NCBI GenBank assembly: GCA_963721805.1
Contig: CAVRJY010000001.1
Coordinates: 1,344,001-1,408,000, forward strand
Direction of reading: 5' to 3'
DNA: 64,000 nucleotides
Source: Nitrospirota bacterium
GTDB lineage: Bacteria; Nitrospirota; Thermodesulfovibrionia; Thermodesulfovibrionales; JdFR-86
A program made the translations under genes and the position numbers. Position 1 is the stretch's first letter; every line of letters starts with the position of its first letter. The notes beneath the pieces are model-generated. The model ran no database searches. It was not told where the DNA came from and saw only the letters and a program-made list of their open reading frames with translations. This document shows, one piece after another, positions 62,524 through 64,000 of the stretch.

Positions 62524-63111
62524 CTACCGGCGTATGATTCGCTTGTCAGTCACGATGATATCCACCCTGACGTCGTGCAGGTCCATCAGGACCTCTTCGA
62601 CTAGCTGTTCCTCGAACGCCGGGGCGATCAGGACCGGGTGGCCTTCAAGCGCGTCCAACAGTTTATCATAACAGCCCATTCCATAACCAATTCTTCCCCC
62701 GTGCGGATCGAACGCAGCGCCCGGCATCAGTATGAGGCCTGCCTCGGCGGGGTCGCGGGGATCGGTGTCAGGCGGCTCGGGGATGCCCATATAGCCTTCC
62801 AGAAGCTCATCGGTCGAGCGTATCGCGTATACGGAGATGGTGCGGGACTGAGTGTTGGTGCGCGGCATCAGCACGGTCTTTCCGGCATCGAGACTCGCGC
62901 GGATAATGGCGTCGGTATTGACCTCGCTTCTGAACGAGGCGAACAGCAGGACACTGCTGGCGGCCCTGAACTCTTCCAGCGAGAGAAGTCGCTCTGTGAT
63001 CGCGGCGTCCTTCATCCGCCTTACGGGAAGGGGTATCGAGTCGCGGCGCCTGAGGGCCGCCTGTCTGAGAGCAGACTTCGGGTCAGGCGTTTTTTGGGGA
63101 TCGGTCTTCAA
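62524..63111 (-). CDS. 5-formyltetrahydrofolate cyclo-ligase
   Basis: [31 protein letters not shown] and [10 protein letters not shown]. Confidence 0.92.
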   Translation of the reverse strand: MKTDPQKTPDPKSALRQAALRRRDSIPLPVRRMKDAAITERLLSLEEFRAASSVLLFASFRSEVNTDAIIRASLDAGKTVLMPRTNTQSRTISVYAIRSTDELLEGYMGIPEPPDTDPRDPAEAGLILMPGAAFDPHGGRIGYGMGCYDKLLDALEGHPVLIAPAFEEQLVEEVLMDLHDVRVDIIVTDKRIIRR

Positions 63112-63871
63112 TCTTGTCCTTCACCGCCCGGATGGCCTCGACCAGGGCAGGCGAGAACGCGCTTGGGGCGGCCCCTTTCATGTCGGCCTCGATGACCGCC
63201 GGGTCATAGGGCAGGGCGGCCACCAGGTCCATGTCCTCTATCGCGGCCTTTATGAACTGCACCTCGGCCTCGGAGCGGACCTTGTTGGCGATAACGTAGA
63301 CGTGTTTGACCCCCAGCGTGCGGGCCATGTCGCGCACGGTGTGCGCGGTCTGTATCGAGCGCTGTCCCGGCTCGACTACGACGATGAAGGCGTCGACCGA
63401 CTCAGAGGTGCCGCGCGTAAGGTGTTCGATGCCCGCCTCCATGTCCACTACGACGACCTCGTCGCGCTCGACAATCATATGCCGGAGCAGGCGCTTCAAT
63501 AGCACGTTCTCGGGGCAGTAGCAGCCGCTCGCCGCCTCCTTAGACCGTCCCATCACCAAAAGCGTGATGCGCTCCCCGACCTTGATGCCGAAGCCCTCGG
63601 GGATATCGTCCACACGCGGGTTAAGCCTGAATATCCCGCCCGGGGTGCCGGGCTTTGCGCCCGTGCGCTCCTCGATCAGGTCGCTGAGTTCCGCGATGGG
63701 GCGTAGCCTCGCAAGTTCCGACTTGTCCGCCCCGAGCGCACTGGCGAGGTTCGCGTCCGGGTCCGCGTCGACCGCAAGCACGCGCCTGCCCTCGGCCGCA
63801 TACACATGGCACAAGGTTGCGGCGATGGTCGTCTTTCCGACCCCGCCTTTGCCTGTAACAGCGATCTTCAT
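63083..63871 (-). CDS. cooC: CODH/ACS nickel-insertion ATPase CooC/AcsF
   Basis: GKGGVGKTT, DADPDANLA, GCYCPEN and DMEAGIEHL.RG. Confidence 0.93.
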   Translation of the reverse strand: MKIAVTGKGGVGKTTIAATLCHVYAAEGRRVLAVDADPDANLASALGADKSELARLRPIAELSDLIEERTGAKPGTPGGIFRLNPRVDDIPEGFGIKVGERITLLVMGRSKEAASGCYCPENVLLKRLLRHMIVERDEVVVVDMEAGIEHLTRGTSESVDAFIVVVEPGQRSIQTAHTVRDMARTLGVKHVYVIANKVRSEAEVQFIKAAIEDMDLVAALPYDPAVIEADMKGAAPSAFSPALVEAIRAVKDKIEDRSPKNA

Positions 63872-63950
63872 GGCTCATAGTAACATTTCCCCTGATGGGC
63901 TGTAAACGAATGCGGACGCGGTATTCGGCGCTGCCGTGCTATAATTGCCC

Positions 63951-64000
63951 ATGGCAATTAACCTGACATTCCACGGCGCTGCGGACATGGTTACCGGCTC
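63951..64000 (+). CDS. Start of MBL-fold / beta-CASP ribonuclease (truncated by window end)
   Basis: Reads MAINLTFHGAADMVTG(S), matching the F.GAA..VTGS N-terminus of this family. Only 16 codons are visible. Confidence 0.55.
   Translation, partial: MAINLTFHGAADMVTG

Overview
This is a gene-dense, GC-rich bacterial chromosomal window of about 55 genes. The gene set (octaheme nitrite reductase, Ni-CODH, Wood-Ljungdahl methyl-branch genes, MglA GTPase, c-type-heme sensors, LPS heptosyltransferases) suggests an anaerobic diderm such as Nitrospirota or Desulfobacterota; that is inference. In order, the window holds: (1) PAS/HD-GYP genes and a secA-DGC-mglA run; (2) tkt; (3) a cheW-MCP-MCP-cheW-HEAT-cheR-cheB cluster with no cheA or cheY, whose first MCP has a CxxCH sensor and a C-terminal PhnD-like domain; (4) lipA-alaC; (5) two AT-richer secreted orphan genes; (6) an octaheme nitrite reductase convergent with cooS and a HydABC/NuoEFG-like complex that lacks a catalytic site; (7) a heme-c sensor kinase lacking the H-box His; (8) ogt and serS; (9) a compact unexplained operon encoding an unknown enzyme, two nucleotidyltransferase domains, a PfkB kinase, a split transketolase and two paralogous radical SAM/SPASM enzymes, which is the best candidate for an undescribed pathway (a modified higher-carbon NDP-sugar); (10) uvrA-queE and housekeeping genes; (11) LPS core genes; (12) cooC-5-formyl-THF cyclo-ligase-folE-folD-metV-metF. 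Eleven reading-frame breaks can each be repaired by deleting one base and are most likely long-read insertion errors. I saw no rRNA, tRNA, CRISPR array, integrase or transposase. All calls come from reading motifs by eye, with no database searches.
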